64,000 nt of DNA from positions 90,086,001-90,150,000 of the forward strand of contig CM059433.1 in the NCBI GenBank assembly GCA_030390025.1, in the 5' to 3' direction. The notes beneath the pieces are model-generated. The model was not told where the DNA came from, made no database searches, and worked only from the letters and a program-made list of their open reading frames with translations. This document shows, one piece after another, positions 26,956 to 41,215 of the stretch. The position numbers and the translations under genes were made by a program. The stretch comes from Squalus acanthias (Eukaryota). Numbering within the stretch: position 1 is the first letter of the stretch; each line of letters starts with the position of its first letter.

Positions 26956-27743
26956 GGGACAGATTTTGTTGTAGCAGGGCATCTAATGGTGGCTGCCGTT
27001 AGTTCGACTTGCCCTTGCACGTTTAAGGTTTTTTAATCTTTTGTGTGGCATGTTGCTGAAAGTGCGAGCTGAGAATGTCGCAGCGAGAGAGGCCGGGCAT
27101 CTGGGACCTGAGTGAACAGGGCAAGCAACTGTGTATCTCCTTAATCAATCAGATTGAAGGATTGAGAAATAAACAGCGCAAGGACTGAGAAGGCAGGGTA
27201 AATTGGAGTGGATGAATTCAATGTTAAATCAGGTACAGAAAGAGAAATAAAGCGAGGAATAGAAAGGTTGGATTAAGAGAGAGAGGAAAAGGGAGACAGA
27301 GTGAAAAAGTAAAAAAAAAAATTTAATTTTAAATTTGACATTTTTAAAATCTCTGCCAACAATTAAAACCTGAAGGAATGAGACTCCACACTTGTAATAA
27401 TTCTGTGGCAGAGGTTGATTGGCAGTAATTGACACTTATCACATCGTTAAAAGGGTATTTAGACTGGAATGCACAAGACTTAACTTTCTGTGGCGAGTTT
27501 AGTTCATATCTACCATGCAAATCCAGTAACTTCACACCATTCAATGCATGTCAATGGTGAGCCAGACAGTGAGATGCTGGTTTTGTGCAGCTAATGGCGG
27601 AGCAGCGCATCTCTGACAGCAAATTTTGGATTCTTGAGTTTAACCGCGCATCTGCCCCTCGCCTGAAGTTGCTGTACCATTTATGCATAAATATTGGCAA
27701 GCGCCATTAGCCTCACCGTTATTTTGACACGAAAATCTGAGCC
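26956..27743. mobile_element. Non-autonomous DNA transposon
   Basis: Ends GGGACAGATTTT / AAAATCTGAGCC with flanks ATG/ATT. Confidence 0.6.
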
Positions 27744-28167
27744 ATTCTATTTTATTTAGGAAAAGAAATATCGAGGTGTAGCATTCCAGCTCAGTACATC
27801 AACTCCCTGGAGCTCATTTTAAAGCAGACCCTGGCTTTGTGCAATAGTGTAAAACGGGTAATAGTGAATCAGCATTCCGTTTTACATCTCCTCCAATTTT
27901 CCTTTCCATTGATTCGTTATTACCCATTTTACACTAATGCACAGTCAATATTAACCCCCCCCCCCAACCACTCTCTTTTGTGATTCTTTTCAGTTTCTTT
28001 CCCCCATTTTTAGTTTTCTCCAGTTTGCCTCTCCTTCCTCTGCATTGATGATTGTTCAGTTTCTCAATCATCCTCTTTTAATATTGCTTTATTTCATTGT
28101 TCCTTTCTACTCCCTTAGTCATGACCTGCTCCCTCCTTCTCCACCTATCTTTGACTCATAGATTGAG

Positions 28168-28566
28168 AGAAGATTGTGGGTTCAAGCCCCACTCCAGAGA
28201 CTTGAGCACAAAATTTAGACTAACACTCCATGCAGTACTGAGGGAATACCCCGCTGTCGGAGGTGCCGTCTTTCAGATGAGACTTTAAACCTTATCAGGC
28301 GGACATAAAAGATCCCATGGCACTATTTCGAAGAAGAGCAGGGGAGTTCTCCCCAGTGTCCTGGCCAATATTTATCCCTCACCCAAAATCACTAATAAAA
28401 AAGATTATTTGGTCATTATAGCAGTGTTGTTTGTGGGATCTTGCTGTGCGCAAATTGGCTGCCGCGTTTCCTGCATTACAACAGTGACTACACTTCAAAA
28501 GTACTTCATTGGCTGTAAAGGATTTTAGGATATCCTGAGCTTGTGAAAGGCGCTCTATAAATGCTA
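28168..28566 (+). mobile_element. Deu-domain SINE followed directly by a CR1 3' tail (about 28570-28700)
   Basis: B box GGTTCAAGCCC, Deu core and tail, then ...GGGCTGAATGGCCTGTTTCTGTGCTG. Confidence 0.88.
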
Positions 28567-28704
28567 CCATAAGGAGTAATTGAGGCGAATAGCATAGACG
28601 CATTTAAGGGGAAGCTAGATAAGCACATGAAGGAGAAAGGAATAGAAGGATAAACAGCGGCACTGACCAGTTGGGCTGAATGGCCTGTTTCTGTGCTGTT
28701 TTAT

Positions 28705-29422
28705 TTGGGGCCACGGAGAGAGCAGGGGGAGGAATTCCGGACAAGAAACCCGGAAGCAAGGGTTTCCTGGAAGTCCTGCTGAAATTAAGAGCAGGACGTC
28801 TTTTAAATTTTTTCAACTGGCTGCCTGTTGGACGGGAAAGCCTGCGGCACAAGGCCGCAGCCGGGAAACAGAGAGGAGGGAGGGAGAGATCTCGCGGTGG
28901 TGGCGGTGGTGAGTTGGGGGGTGGAGATCGAGGTCGGGCTCTTCAGATGCAGGTCGTGGGGGAGATTGTGAAGGTTGCAGGGAGATCGGGGAGGTGGGGG
29001 GAGTCGGCAATCAGGGGTGGGGGGACTTGGAGATTGGGGGGTAATCAGAGGTCATGGGAGATCGCAGGGGTGGCGGGAGTCAGCTGATCGCGGGGTCTGT
29101 AAAGGGTCTGGAGGAAACACTCCTGCTACTACTGGCTCACAAGCAGTGCTATAAAATTACTTACCTTATGGATCCGGCCCTTCTCACCTCCTTTTACCGA
29201 ACTTCCATGGGTTAAAAATAAAAATCCTGTTAAAATAGAGGCCGCAGCCTCCTTAGAAAATGTTACTGACTGTCTCCTGAGAGCAGATTGGTCGCTAGCC
29301 TCCTAACCTGCCTCCGTTAAAACCGGAAGTGGGCAGGTTGGGGTCAGGTTTGAGATTTTTTTTTAAATTTGCTTCTCACCTAGCCCCAAACCACCCATCC
29401 TTGGGGGTTAAAATTCGCCCCC
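28705..29422. mobile_element. Partial GC-rich MITE
   Basis: Right end TTAAAATTCGCCCC; body resembles other GC-rich TIR elements here. Left end not seen. Confidence 0.5.
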
Positions 29423-30257
29423 ATGTAACATTAGATAATTCTATGTAAGTCTTTCTTTCATTGGAAAACGTTAGTGGAGCTCAAACAACATGTGAATTTG
29501 AATTATTTCAACAGAAGGTTTCTTCCAAGAGAATATTGAACTGAAAGAAAAGCATCATTTCCTCAATTTGTACAAATAAACATGTTCAATGAGGTGAAAA
29601 AAATCAATATGTGTTTTCCTAAGAAGTGATTTTGAAGTTGTTTACAAGGGAAATTCAATATAATTCTGATGTGAATTAACTCTGATGTTGTTCACATTTA
29701 AAAGCAAAATGAGCCAATTTTTGGAAGAGAACTCATTTTGGAGGAGACTCTTCTGTCTGTATAAAATGGAATGTCACAGAAGACAGATGCAAGGACATGT
29801 GGAATATGATGCTGGAAGAAAGTGAACCTAAAGCTCCAGCTACTGAAATTAAATCTCAAAGTTAAAATAAAGAATTGTTTTAATTTATTTTTGCCTTCTT
29901 TTAAAATTCATCCACCTCCTGGCCCATTCTCATCCCACCTCTGTTCTCTGAAGTAGAAAGCAGACGTAGGCTCCAACAGGTGCAGCAGTTGGTATATAAA
30001 AGCAAGGTTGACTCATGGTCTAATGGTCTGCCCCATCCTGACAGCAGCACGAGCTATTGGGATATCATAAAGGCAATCCCACATCCTACCACTCTGTTAT
30101 AGAGGGTGGGAGCTTCAATTCACTACACAAAGAATTCTGTGTTAATACTAAACTCTGGAGCGACTGAATTTAGTATTTTGTTTAACTCTGGAAGGCTCGT
30201 CACAAGTAAGGTATCAAACTTCAATTGTTGCTCATGTTTAAAACTATAATGACATGA

Positions 30258-30450
30258 GGGATTGGGTAGTGCAGTGAGTTAGCGTGCTGCCCTTTCACCT
30301 CTGGGACCAAAGTTCAAATCCAGCCCAGACAGCAAGCATGAAAAGTCTCCGCACTCTGCCAGCTGTGCAGCCCTAAGTTAAATGAATTTGAACAGTGTTA
30401 ACCCAATTCATAGTAGCTACAGGCTCACAGCACAATACAGCTTTGGCTAG
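30258..30450 (+). mobile_element. LF-SINE-like fragment
   Basis: CCCTTTCACCTCTGGGACCAAAGTTCAAATCCAGCCCAG closely resembles the recalled LF-SINE head CCTTTCACCTCTAGGTCACTGGTTCGAATCCAGCCCAG. Confidence 0.55.
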
Positions 30451-30480
30451 CAGCCTGTCTCTCACTCTCAGTGAGGTTTT

Positions 30481-30783
30481 ACATAGAACTACATAGGATA
30501 TACTGCACAGAAACAGGCCATTTAGCCCAACCAGTCCATGTCCATGTTTATACGCCACTCGAGCCTCCTCCCTTCCTTAGTCATCTAACTATCAGCATAA
30601 CCCTCTATTCCCTTCTCCCTCATATGCTTGTCTAGCCTCCCCTTAAATGCATCTATACTATCTGCTTCAACCACTCCCTGTGGTAGCGAGTTCCACATTC
30701 TCACCACTCTCTGGGTAAAGAAGTTTCTCCTGAATTCCCTATTTGATTTCTTGGTGACTATCTTATATTGATGGCCTCTAGGT
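30481..30783 (-). mobile_element. CR1 3'-end fragment
   Basis: Minus strand reads FFTQRVVRMWNSL followed by a CR1-type tail. Confidence 0.85.
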
Positions 30784-30864
30784 TATAAGGTATGGAAAAT
30801 TATTTTTTAAAATCACACTTTTTTACAGTTATGCATCAAACCTATAAAGAGAAAGAAAAAATAT

Positions 30865-31512
30865 TGGCTGGAATTTTCACAGGAAAAAACGGGTGGGGGG
30901 GATGCGGGGAAGTGAAAGTTGTATAAATCTAAAACCAGACCCCAACCCGTCTCCTTTCATCCTACACTCAGGCGGGACGGGGGGGTTGGCAGGCAGTCAA
31001 CCCAACCTGTTGGCAATTTAAATATGATAATGAGGCCTGAAGCCTCTACTTTAACCTGCGGCCGGGGATCGCGGGACTTGGGATTCCCGGTAGTGCAATG
31101 AGGCGGGGAGCAATCCTTGTGGGCCGGGAGGAGCAGGAGTGCTTCCTCCCGGTTCCCCAAGCTCCCCCATCTGCAGCCCGCACCAGCCTGAGTCGGGGTT
31201 CGGACCCCCCCTGGATCGTGACTCAGCCCCGGGGTCGGGGATCGGACCGCCCCCGCGCTGCGACACCCCACCACCACCATCCTGGGCCCAGCACCTACCA
31301 GGTCTTGCGACCTCCTGGTCTGCGTTCCCCGTCCAACTGGATGCCAGTCTGTCAATCAGGCTGACTTCCAGACGAGGAACCCGCCCTCTACATCGCATGC
31401 ACACTGTGGAGTCAAAACTCCACAGCGTGCCGGGAAACCCAAACTTCTGGGTTTCCTGCCATCTCCCGGGTGCCCCCGCACCGTGCGAGTGGGAAACGGC
31501 AAAATCCAGCCC
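30865..31512. mobile_element. Harbinger-like MITE
   Basis: Ends TGGCTGGAATTTT / AAAATCCAGCCC; the right TIR is identical to that of the 9446 element. Confidence 0.7.
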
Positions 31513-31514
31513 AT

Positions 31515-31638
31515 GGCTGAGGATTTCCTCGAAGCTGCTCCCGTTGTAACTTCACCGGAAACCCCATTTACAAGTGTAAACGCACTTCCGGTAAAGTTGC
31601 AGTGCGCAGCTGGAGTAGCACCGAGGAAATTTCCAGTC
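31515..31638. mobile_element. Short hairpin MITE
   Basis: Arms ATTTCCTCG...GTAACTTCACCGGAA / TTCCGGTAAAGTTGC...CGAGGAAAT. A split sibling lies at 47043-47110 plus 48838-48900. Confidence 0.6.
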
Positions 31639-34084
31639 TCTTTGATTTGATGCTTTCAGACGAATAACGTGACTATTTTTGCAGATAATTCTGTAGCAGT
31701 TTCAGAAAGAATATTCCACTATCTCTACCCTCACAGACACATCAATTCAACTATGAACAGTTTTTAAGACTTAATTTTGCTTTATCTCTTCTTGCTCCTC
31801 TTGGTTTCCCATTCCATATAAAATCCCACAACTTAGAACATAGGCAGGCTCCATGACCAGTCGCTTGGAGATAAGCGATAGTGTCCTGGAATGATGGGAG
31901 CTTTGATTCCCTCCCCGCCCCGCTCTGTAGGTTGGCACCTGGCCTTTGCCCAACGCCTCCTCTTGGAGGCACAGCTGAGATTGGGAATTTGATGTGTGAG
32001 GAATCAAAGTCGGACAGACGTGTTTCTTCCCATTCTGTGATATAGCTCACACCAAAGAGTTTTCATAAAACCATTACCAGGAGCTACAGTTTTTTTTGTT
32101 TTCTTCATTCCTCAATGAGCCAGCGGGATAGTCACAATTTATTAGATAATTATTTAAAGAAAACACTAAAATATAAACAACTCAGATTGAATTCCTTTCT
32201 ATAAGAATGTTATGTTCCTTATAAGTAAATATTTGTAACAAAACGTTATCAGGTACGATCGTATTGCTTCAGCATAGCTCGTGTTCCAATCCCTGAAGGT
32301 AACACAATATACCATAAAGACTTGAAGAGAATTTGAAAATAAATACAACTGATCCTTGGTAAAACTAAAGTTAGTCAAACAACTTACATTTGCTTTTGAA
32401 AGTGTTGAATTCCATTACTTCCAAGGCTACACTGGGGGCTCTCATTGGCTATGCATTAGGTCAGTGAATATTAACTTCATTTACACTTGGCTGGGAATTG
32501 GCTGGTGTCAACAATAGGAGCCCTGCTGCCTCTGCTGAGGAGGGAGTTAGCCAGGACCTGACAGAAAGCTGCCACTGAAGAAGATGGATGATGAAGCTGG
32601 CTGACCTTGGCCCTGTGTACACCACCATCACAGCCACTCTCTTCTCAACAAAAGAACTCTCCAACTTTCTCAGTTGCCTTCATCATTATTGGTGCTAACT
32701 GGTCCAGACATCTTCATCGATTGAGCTCTATACCTTTTAAATCTGCGAGCTTCAAATAACGAAATCCCGGCAGAGATGTCTCCTTTTTTTTTAAGTCGCT
32801 TACTGCAGTCTCCTGTACAGGTTGCGGCAAGGCAGCTGAACGTTGTGTCGCTGAGCACTGTGTTCCACCACTTCTCGGGGCTTTATGCCCTGAAAGGGTG
32901 TACTTAGTGATAAATGACAATTAGTGCTTGAACCCTTTTCACCAGGGAATTTCATACACTGCGGAGCCTTTCAAAAAATCATCAGTAACAAGGTTATTTC
33001 AGAGATTCAAGAATGTTGAAATGCAATTTGATGCTTTTTATTGATTACCAAAATAGTTAGTGCTTATCTAGTACTTATATATCATTTATCCACTGGTATA
33101 TTGACTATACCAGTCCCAAATAAGAAGGAAAGACTGGATATAGATGAGAGGGCACAAGTCATCAATATAGGCCCTGATAATTATATTTCTGATATTGGCA
33201 CCAACAGAAATATTTTTGTACCAACTGATAACTAAGGAGAGAAGAGGGTTAATCAAAAAAGAATCACATTAATATCTGGCTGAACTGACTAGCTATGGAA
33301 ACAACAGTAGATTTAAATTATAAATAAAATTCTGATCTAAAGGAGTTTGTTCATATGTGCAGCTTTTCCCTGAAAGGTGGAGACAGAATTTCTGTTTTTT
33401 TATGTAAGGACTAGCTATCGATCACTGTCAGTTCCAGCATGTTAACCCTTTACAGTCCTGTGATATTTCACACAATGTTAGGTTTTCACAAACATAAACT
33501 AATAAATATTTCCGCTGACAACTTAATGACTCAGGGGGTCTAACCAAGTTCTATATTCAGGTGACCATAGGATATGTGCCCTGCATTTGGTGTTCTTCTT
33601 TGGGTTTTACCTACAATGGTTGACTGCAGCAATTGGATGACATTTGATAGAATGAGTGTCTCCAGCCTGTACAGAACAGTCTCTTCACAAACTTGCCATA
33701 TCCTTTTTTTAATTAGCTATTTTCTCCCTTCTTGTAGGTCCTCCCGCACCATTCCTTGAACAAGATGGTGGGCTTCAAGATACATTTCTCAAGCATAATC
33801 TAAGGTGGCCTTGCTTTCTGATTTTACCACTTTCCTTGTGAAAACTACCTCTCCTTCACTTAGCATGGACAATACAGCACGGCCCAGATCATCAAGTGTG
33901 TGATTATTACTGCATGAAAGCAACAACTCCTAGTGTCATGCACCAAGATTTTGCCAGGAGAAGGGAAGCATAATGGTTCACAAATTGAGAGTTTTAAATA
34001 CCCCTTCTTACTAAGAGTAGGTGGCTACGCACCCCTCCCCCCCACCCCACCCCCCAAAAAAACTGTTGAAATTAAAATTTCAAA

Positions 34085-34250
34085 ATTGAGACTAATAGAT
34101 TTTTGTTAGGTAACAGTATTAAGCTTTGCGGAACCAAGGCGGGTAGATGGAGTTAAGATACAGATCAGCCATGATCTAATTGAATAGCGGAACATGCTTG
34201 AGGGGCTAAATGGTCTGCTCCTGTTCCTAGATTCCTTTTATGTTCCTAAA
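34085..34250 (+). mobile_element. CR1 3' tail
   Basis: AGATCAGCCATGATCTAATTGAAT...GAGGGGCTAAATGG, matching the reverse of 5082-5180. Confidence 0.8.
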
Positions 34251-37200
34251 TGTATTTATTGGAAAGAGGGGAAATATGTAAAGTGATAGAAGGTAAAGTC
34301 AATGAAGCGTTCCCACTGCCTCGGAAAGGTTGTTGGTCTGAATGGAAGTGAGTTACCGCACTGGTAATCTAGACCACATTCAGAGGCAATGACATTAGCA
34401 TTCTGTTAAAATGCAGATCAGCAGATAAATGTTGAATTTGGTCACTAAATAGTTAGACCTCCAGTTGGGCTGTATTTCCCTTCAGTGCTTGACAAGGAGT
34501 TTATATTGCTAGTACAGTCAGAAAATCTCTTACATCTACCTCCTTAACACTCCTCATGTCTAACTGGGATGATGGTGCAGCTTTCTGATATTTTAACAGA
34601 CCGTGGGCTTGTACCCACAGTCATCCCAGCAGCAGATGCATGGGGCTTGGGGTAAAGTGCCAGCACACTTTCTCTGGCAGAGAAGGTTGCATGGTCCAAG
34701 GAGAAGGAAGGAGAGGAGAGAAAGGAGAAAATATGTTTTTAGCTGCTTGTTCACATTCAGTTATTTTCACCAGCTGTTATTGGTGCGTAATTATCAAACT
34801 GGAGCCCTCATGATGTATATAGCCGGTTATACCATTGAAAAAAAATCTTTTGTATTGACTACAGCAAAGGAATCCCATGTGGCACTTTGCCAAACGGTAG
34901 ATTCCAGCCCACTTGTAAACATCTAATGCGATAGAAGTTCACTCATTTTGTAATATCCAGCATGGCAGTGGAACTTCACCCAGTTGATAATATTTAATAT
35001 GACAGTGGATTTCCACTCGTTTGGGAACATCAAACACAGAGTTCTCCGCACTCGGCAATGTCCAATAAAGTGGAATTCCACACAGTTGGCGATTTCTAAC
35101 AAAAGCAATGAAATACAAATCTTCAAGGATCTATTCAAAAATGTCAAAGAAAATCTGACCGGTGGTCACAGCATTTAAACTCTTTCAAGCATTATATTAT
35201 TTAAAGGCTCACAGCAGCCGCCATGCTGAATAAGTGCCACCGCTGTCGGCTACAAGTTAGGTTAGTGCAAATTGTTACCACAGCCCCATTCCCTCACATT
35301 CCTTAATGTCCCTTTCATTTTACAGAAAAGGAGGAAGAAGTCATACTTTGGAAAGTTTTTTTTTTAAAGTACAAAGAGCAATTCTATGTGAAAGAGGTTG
35401 ACAGAAGACGGGAAGCAGTGAAAGATGAGCTGGCCCCTTTGCATGGACTATGATGAATGAGCTGATCACAACACGTTTTGGTGAAAGCTGAAGCCAAGCT
35501 CAGAGGAGGTTGCTCGAGTGACATGACTGGCAGCCCATCTCATTTACTCACAACTCATTTCCGTTTAATATTTTATGCAGCATGTTTAAAGTTGTATTAA
35601 TTCTGTCCTCGACTCCACAATGCTGCATTTGCTCTTCAGGCAGTTGCTTCAGAAAAAAAAAACAGCTCTGTGACTAAAATGCCGATCACGATGGGCTGGA
35701 ATTCTCTAAACCTCTTAGAGCTCCTTTCAAGAAAAATAATAGCATTTTTCTACAAAGCAATGCTCTACCCCGCACAGATTTTATGCATTTTTAATTTATT
35801 GCTACAATCAGCTATAATGATCAATAAACATTTATTTGTACATATATGTCGCTTTTTAATTCAAACTGATGAAGGACACTGGACCTGACTTTTTAATTAT
35901 ATCATGGATCAGGCACCCATGTTATAGTTTATGTCTGACAGTCTGCCAGTTTACACTTTTAAGTAACTTTACACTGATGTCAAAAAGGGTGCTATACTCT
36001 TGTATACACTAATATGCAAATTACATGAAAGTCCTGAGTGGGTTTTTCACATCATTTTCTACATTGCTAATTTGCTACAAGATGTCTGGATGTATTCCAT
36101 TGCTCTGCCACGTTACACTGGAGCCAAGTTGCACTTGTTTGTCACAGATACGCAGATAAAGGGGTGCAGCCATTGCACTCTCCTTTTGTTTAAGTGTGTT
36201 TACTTTTCATCTCCCTGCACTACCTCAGGCAGATTATCTGCTCACATGCCTGTCAGTAGCCATTATAAGACAGACAAGAGTAGCACTGGGCTGACTCCCT
36301 CCAATTGTCCCTTCCTGCCTTGGAGGAAGAACCTTACGTCCACTCTCCTCCTTTCCCCCAAACAGCAGTCATGATTCGGAACACATTGTGGGGCAAATAC
36401 GGGCCCTACCAATCCATCACAGGACATCCTGCCACTGTGCACCACTCCACTGTTGCGGTTTCCCTTTGAACAAATTCAGAAGGAGAAGTGAAAATTCTGG
36501 TTTTGCTCTCTTGCTTGCTGTGCCCCGATTATTTCGGGAAGATGCTGCAACATCATCCCCCGCTCAATGTTTTAAATAGGATCCAGGCTTAAGAATGTGC
36601 TGCTTATTCCAGGAAGGAAAGCCGCACTATTGATCTGTGTAAAACATTAAAGGGATTGATCACAGTTTCTATTACACTGATTCACTGCACACCATTGGTC
36701 CACAGGGAAGGTTTAGCTCAAACAGGCATTCTTGTAAAATAATTTTTCTCTATAATATTACATTTTAGACTGTTCAACAAAGATACTGAAAACAATAAAC
36801 ATTAGCATGTTTGTTATAAATTATAACTTCTTTACTGATTTGAAGAATCGTTATTTTGCTATGGAATTTTTTTTAATTCTTTTAAAAAGGACAAATAACA
36901 TGGATCAAAAATTGCCATCAATTCCTTCTTAACTGAAGCAGATGAATAATTAACATTGTTACCACTGGGTCCCAATTCTTCACTGCCAAGCTTTCACATC
37001 ACCTGGGCAGAGTGCAAAGAGGAAAATCAGCCAGGGAGAATCGAACAGCTGTAACAGAACCCACCCCATCTTAAATTAAATGGAAAGGGAACAGGCAGCT
37101 GAGTTATGGGTGTGCAATGCTCCCTGCCTGATTTTCCTCTCTGTGCAGGCAGTAAAGATAGCAATCTGCCCAGTTGTTTCTTTCATATTGTTACTTCATA

Positions 37201-38239
37201 AGCTTTTTTATTCACATGTTCTTGATACGTCCTCAGTGTAAATTAAATTCAAGGAAGCATAAGATTCTAAACGACTCAACCACTGAAACTGGTTTAGTTC
37301 AGAGGGCCCCATGAGATCTGTAATGTGTAACGCATCTTGGGATCTTTTAGAGGCATTTATTTATTTACATTTCACATGGTACATAAATAGTCCAACACAT
37401 TGCACAGCATCCTGCACATATAGAACAATCTGCAGAAAGTATCTTACACAGCACAGTATCACATTAATCTGCAACCATTATGCCACACTGCACGGGGATA
37501 CAAACAAAATTAATCCGAAATTGTTTAGCGAGTGGCTCTGGTAGTTGATGCAGTGATTGAGCCCGCCGGTGACCTCTGCCAGTGACCCTGTCAATCTATG
37601 AGGGTTAAGTGGAAGGTCACCCTATTTTTGCATGGGCCCAGTTGGTATCTGCTGCACTAGGGGCACATCTCAGGCACCCACCTGCCTCAGGAGTCTACAA
37701 AACCTGGCACAGGTGGCCAAACTTGGGATGTAGAAAACACTAGCCTGGGTCCCTAAAAACACCTATGCCAAGTGGACTTCTCTAAATTGTGCCCTTACTT
37801 CCTCATCGGGGTTCCAGGCCATAATCCTGGCCTGACCTCAACCTTGGCAGAGTTCACTTCCACCCATTAGGAAGCCAGTACACCGTTTCTCATTCAGCGC
37901 ATCAGCTGCCGAACTTACACTGGATCCCTGCAAGGCCGAGGGCACAGGAAATACCCGTGTAGGGAGTCTTCACCCTTAGCCACACTCTCTCCATATCAGT
38001 GTTCTTGTTTGGGGCGGTTAGTAGTTCTGCTCACAAAAAAGGCCACTGGAAACTTCAGCATAAGTCTGGGACCTGGTCTACCTGGGTTCAGGTGGAGTTT
38101 ACATCCATTCCACCAGACTCCTCCAGAGTTACACCAAGAGTCTGCCAGAACAACCGGGCAATTTTGAGGTCAATATATTTAAAGCCTGTGCATCAATAAT
38201 ATGCAGGGAACAAAACATTTTATAAAGAAATTTTTTTTA

Positions 38240-38447
38240 TCCTGGCCAATATTTACCCCTCAACTGTCACCACCAAAAGAGGTTAACTGGTCATTTATCT
38301 CATTGCTGTTTATGGGACCTTGCTGTGCGCAAATGGGTTGCCATATTTGCTTAGAAACATAACAACAGTGACTACACTTCAACCAGCACTCTGGACATCC
38401 TGAGGTCATGAAAGGTGCTACATAAATGTAAGTTCCTTCTTTCTTTC
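38240..38447 (+). mobile_element. Deu-domain SINE 3' half
   Basis: CCTGGCCAATATTTACCCTCAAC...TTGCTGTGCGCAAAT...AAAGGTGCTACATAAATGTAAGTT. Confidence 0.8.
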
Positions 38448-39313
38448 AAAGTGACAAATTTAAAGAATGACTTAATGTTCAGCATTAATAAACCAACATG
38501 ACTTCTCAATTTCAATCCTATGACTCCAATAATCTTTTGAACAGGATAATCTTTCACTTTCTATGTTGTAAGATAAACCATTACCTTTATTATACTTGTA
38601 TTCAGTCAAGGCTGTATTGTATTAATGCACTGGCAATCCAAAATATGACACAAGCATGTTTTGCCATGACAAAAATTATATTTTTGCTATTCCAAAACTT
38701 TAACTTGCTCCAAATAAGGAGAAGGCAACTGATGTAATGCTGCACCCAAAGGCTGCTGAAACAGCAGTATTGCTTTTAAGATAGCACGCCTCCCGTGATT
38801 GCAGTGCCTATAAGGTAAACAATATCTCAATGAGAGCGCATCAAAGAAAAACAAATTGACTCCTGTACTGGTTCAATGGCTAAAAGCAACAGTCAGTGTG
38901 ACAATGAGACACACAAGCTGGGAAGGTTTCATGTTTGATCCCTGCTCTTTGCTGAGTGATGCCAACATTACAATTGTCTTCAGTGCCTCTGAGCTAGGGA
39001 GGAGAAAAAGAAAATCATCCAGGGTTCCTAGCTCCTGATTGCTATCCTTATCCCTGATGGAAGCAAGTACAGATTACTGCTACAGTAGATGAGAACAGGC
39101 TCAGGCTCAGTTCTAATGTCCCACTTGACTGAACGACCTTCTGAAATTATCAAGGCTCACAAAATGAAAGGTCACATAAGTATGGCACAAGAGGGCTGCT
39201 GTGTATCTGCAGCCCAGTATGAGTTCCTGTTTTCAGGAAGCAGGGGGCAAAATTGGAAAAAAAGAAAAAAATTGATTTGTGACTTTGGTGGTTCACTAAT
39301 ACGTGAGCTTTCA

Positions 39314-39495
39314 GGGGGTGAAATTCATCTGGGTGGAAGTGCAAAATGAGCGATAGCGAACCGGCAGCCTATTTTACACTCCGCCCGATATTTTTTCATT
39401 GAAATCAATGGAAAAGAAATTCGGACAAGTGGTAAAATGGGCTGTAGATTCATTATCACCTGTTTTGCGCTTCTGTCCAAGACGATTTCACCCCC
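39314..39495. mobile_element. Palindromic MITE (about 180 bp)
   Basis: TIR GGGGGTGAAAT / ATTTCACCCCC, flanks TCA/TTA, dyad centre CATTGAAATCAATG. Confidence 0.75.
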
Positions 39496-39857
39496 TTAGT
39501 GTCAGGTATCTCAATGCACATTTTTGAAGAACTCTTTGTTTAAACAGAGAAAGTTACATGTTAACCTATGGTTGGAATTGGATGCTTTGCACTATGACAC
39601 ACAAAATCATTTCCTTCCAAACACATTCCAAGAATTATGTTGGGCCGATGCAAAAGATTGTTGGAAAAGTATTAAAATGAGGATATCAATATTTATTTGT
39701 TGGCACAATTAGAACATGCCGGGACTGCAATGTGATAAATCAACACACGCTACAAAGGTACCTTTATTATGATCTCCTTTACTTATTTATCCTGGACTTC
39801 GATTCTACTTTAGCTTCATCTACCTTGAAACAGCTAAAAAGGAGGGCAAAACTATTT

Positions 39858-40303
39858 TAGAAACATAGAAACTAGGAGCAGGAGTAGGCCATTCGGCCCG
39901 TCGAGCCTGCTCCACCATTCAATACGATCATGGCTGATCATCCAAATCCAGTAGACCCTGTCCCTACTCTCTCACACAGAATCCCCATCGAGCCTGCACC
40001 GACACATATCCCACCCTGTCCCCGTAACCCCACATATTTAATTCCCCCCAACATATCCCATCCTATCCCCCTAACCCCACATATTTAATCCCCCCCTAAC
40101 ACTAAGGGTCAATTTATCATAGCCAAATCAACCTAACCCGCACATTTTTGGACTGTGGGAGGAAACCGGAGCACCCGGAGGAAACCCACGCAGACACGGG
40201 GAGAATGTGCAAACTCCACACAGACAGTCACCTGAGGTCAGATTCGAACCCGGGTCCCTGGCGCTGTGAGGCACCAGTGCTAACCACTATGCCACCGTGT
40301 TGC
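39858..40303 (-). mobile_element. HE1-like V-SINE, full length
   Basis: tRNA-like head (TGGCATAGTGGTTAGCA...GGTTCGAATC), V-domain GTGGGTTTCCTCCGGGTGCTCCGGTTTCCTCCCACAGTCCAAA, and a CR1/HER1-derived tail shared with 5082-5170. Confidence 0.92.
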
Positions 40304-40499
40304 TTTAAGTCTTTTAAAAAAAATTATCTTATGTTTTGTCTTCAAGAGACATGTCAATATTGGGAGATAATTTCCACTTCTAGATCCCAGAGGAAAATTT
40401 CCAACGTATGCTATTCACAAGGAAATCATAAACACGTTATTTATATACAAGTTTACGATTTTGCTGTAATTAGTGAACAGCAGCGATCATCCCCCCAGT

Positions 40500-41215
40500 T
40501 ACATAGAATCTACAGCACAGACACAAGCCATTCGGTTTGTGTCGAGTTCATATTCCACACGAGCCTCCTCCCACTCTAATTATCTTTAATAACCTGTCCC
40601 CCTCCCCCCACCACCACATATCGCTCTCTTCCCTTCTCACTCATGCATGCATCAAGCCTTCCCTTAAATGCAACAATGATGTCTGCTTCAAACATGTCAA
40701 TTGGCAGCGAGTTCCACATTCTCTCCTCTCTCTGAGAAAAAATCCTTTAACTTCTTTATTTGATCTGTTAATGGCTCTTATATTGGTGTCACCTTGTTAT
40801 GGACTCACCCGCAAGTGGAAACATTGGGGTAGAAATTGGTCCTCGCTCTTTCCCTGGGTGGAACAGGGGCATAAAGTATCAATTTTGCGACTCCACAGCA
40901 CTCCTGAAAGCAGCTGCCAGCCCACAATCGACCCCATCCTATTGTCGTCATCCCCGCCCCGGGATTTACCTGTGGCCGCTGCCGACGAGGCTCGCGGATG
41001 GAAATTGACCCCTTGGAAATCGAGGAGCTGCTTTCGGAGGGGCGACAGGAACCGGCAGCTCGCCCGAAGCATTGAAATAAGGCGCCAGGCCAAATTTAAG
41101 GTGAGCCTTGTGCCTCCTGGTTCTGTCTGCACGCTGTTGGCTATGCTCCCGCAAATTGGGCCATAACCAATTTCTACCACAGTATCTCCACATCAACCCT
41201 TTCAAACACTTTCAT
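40500..41215 (-). mobile_element. CR1 3' fragment interrupted by a MITE at 40826-41180
   Basis: Tail resembles 30481-30783. The insert has TIR GGGGTAGAAATTGGT / ACCAATTTCTACCAC with flanks ATT/AGT. Confidence 0.75.

Noticed and set aside
40537-41166. 209-aa ORF
   Set aside because: It spans an antisense CR1 tail and a MITE, so it is a chance chimeric frame.
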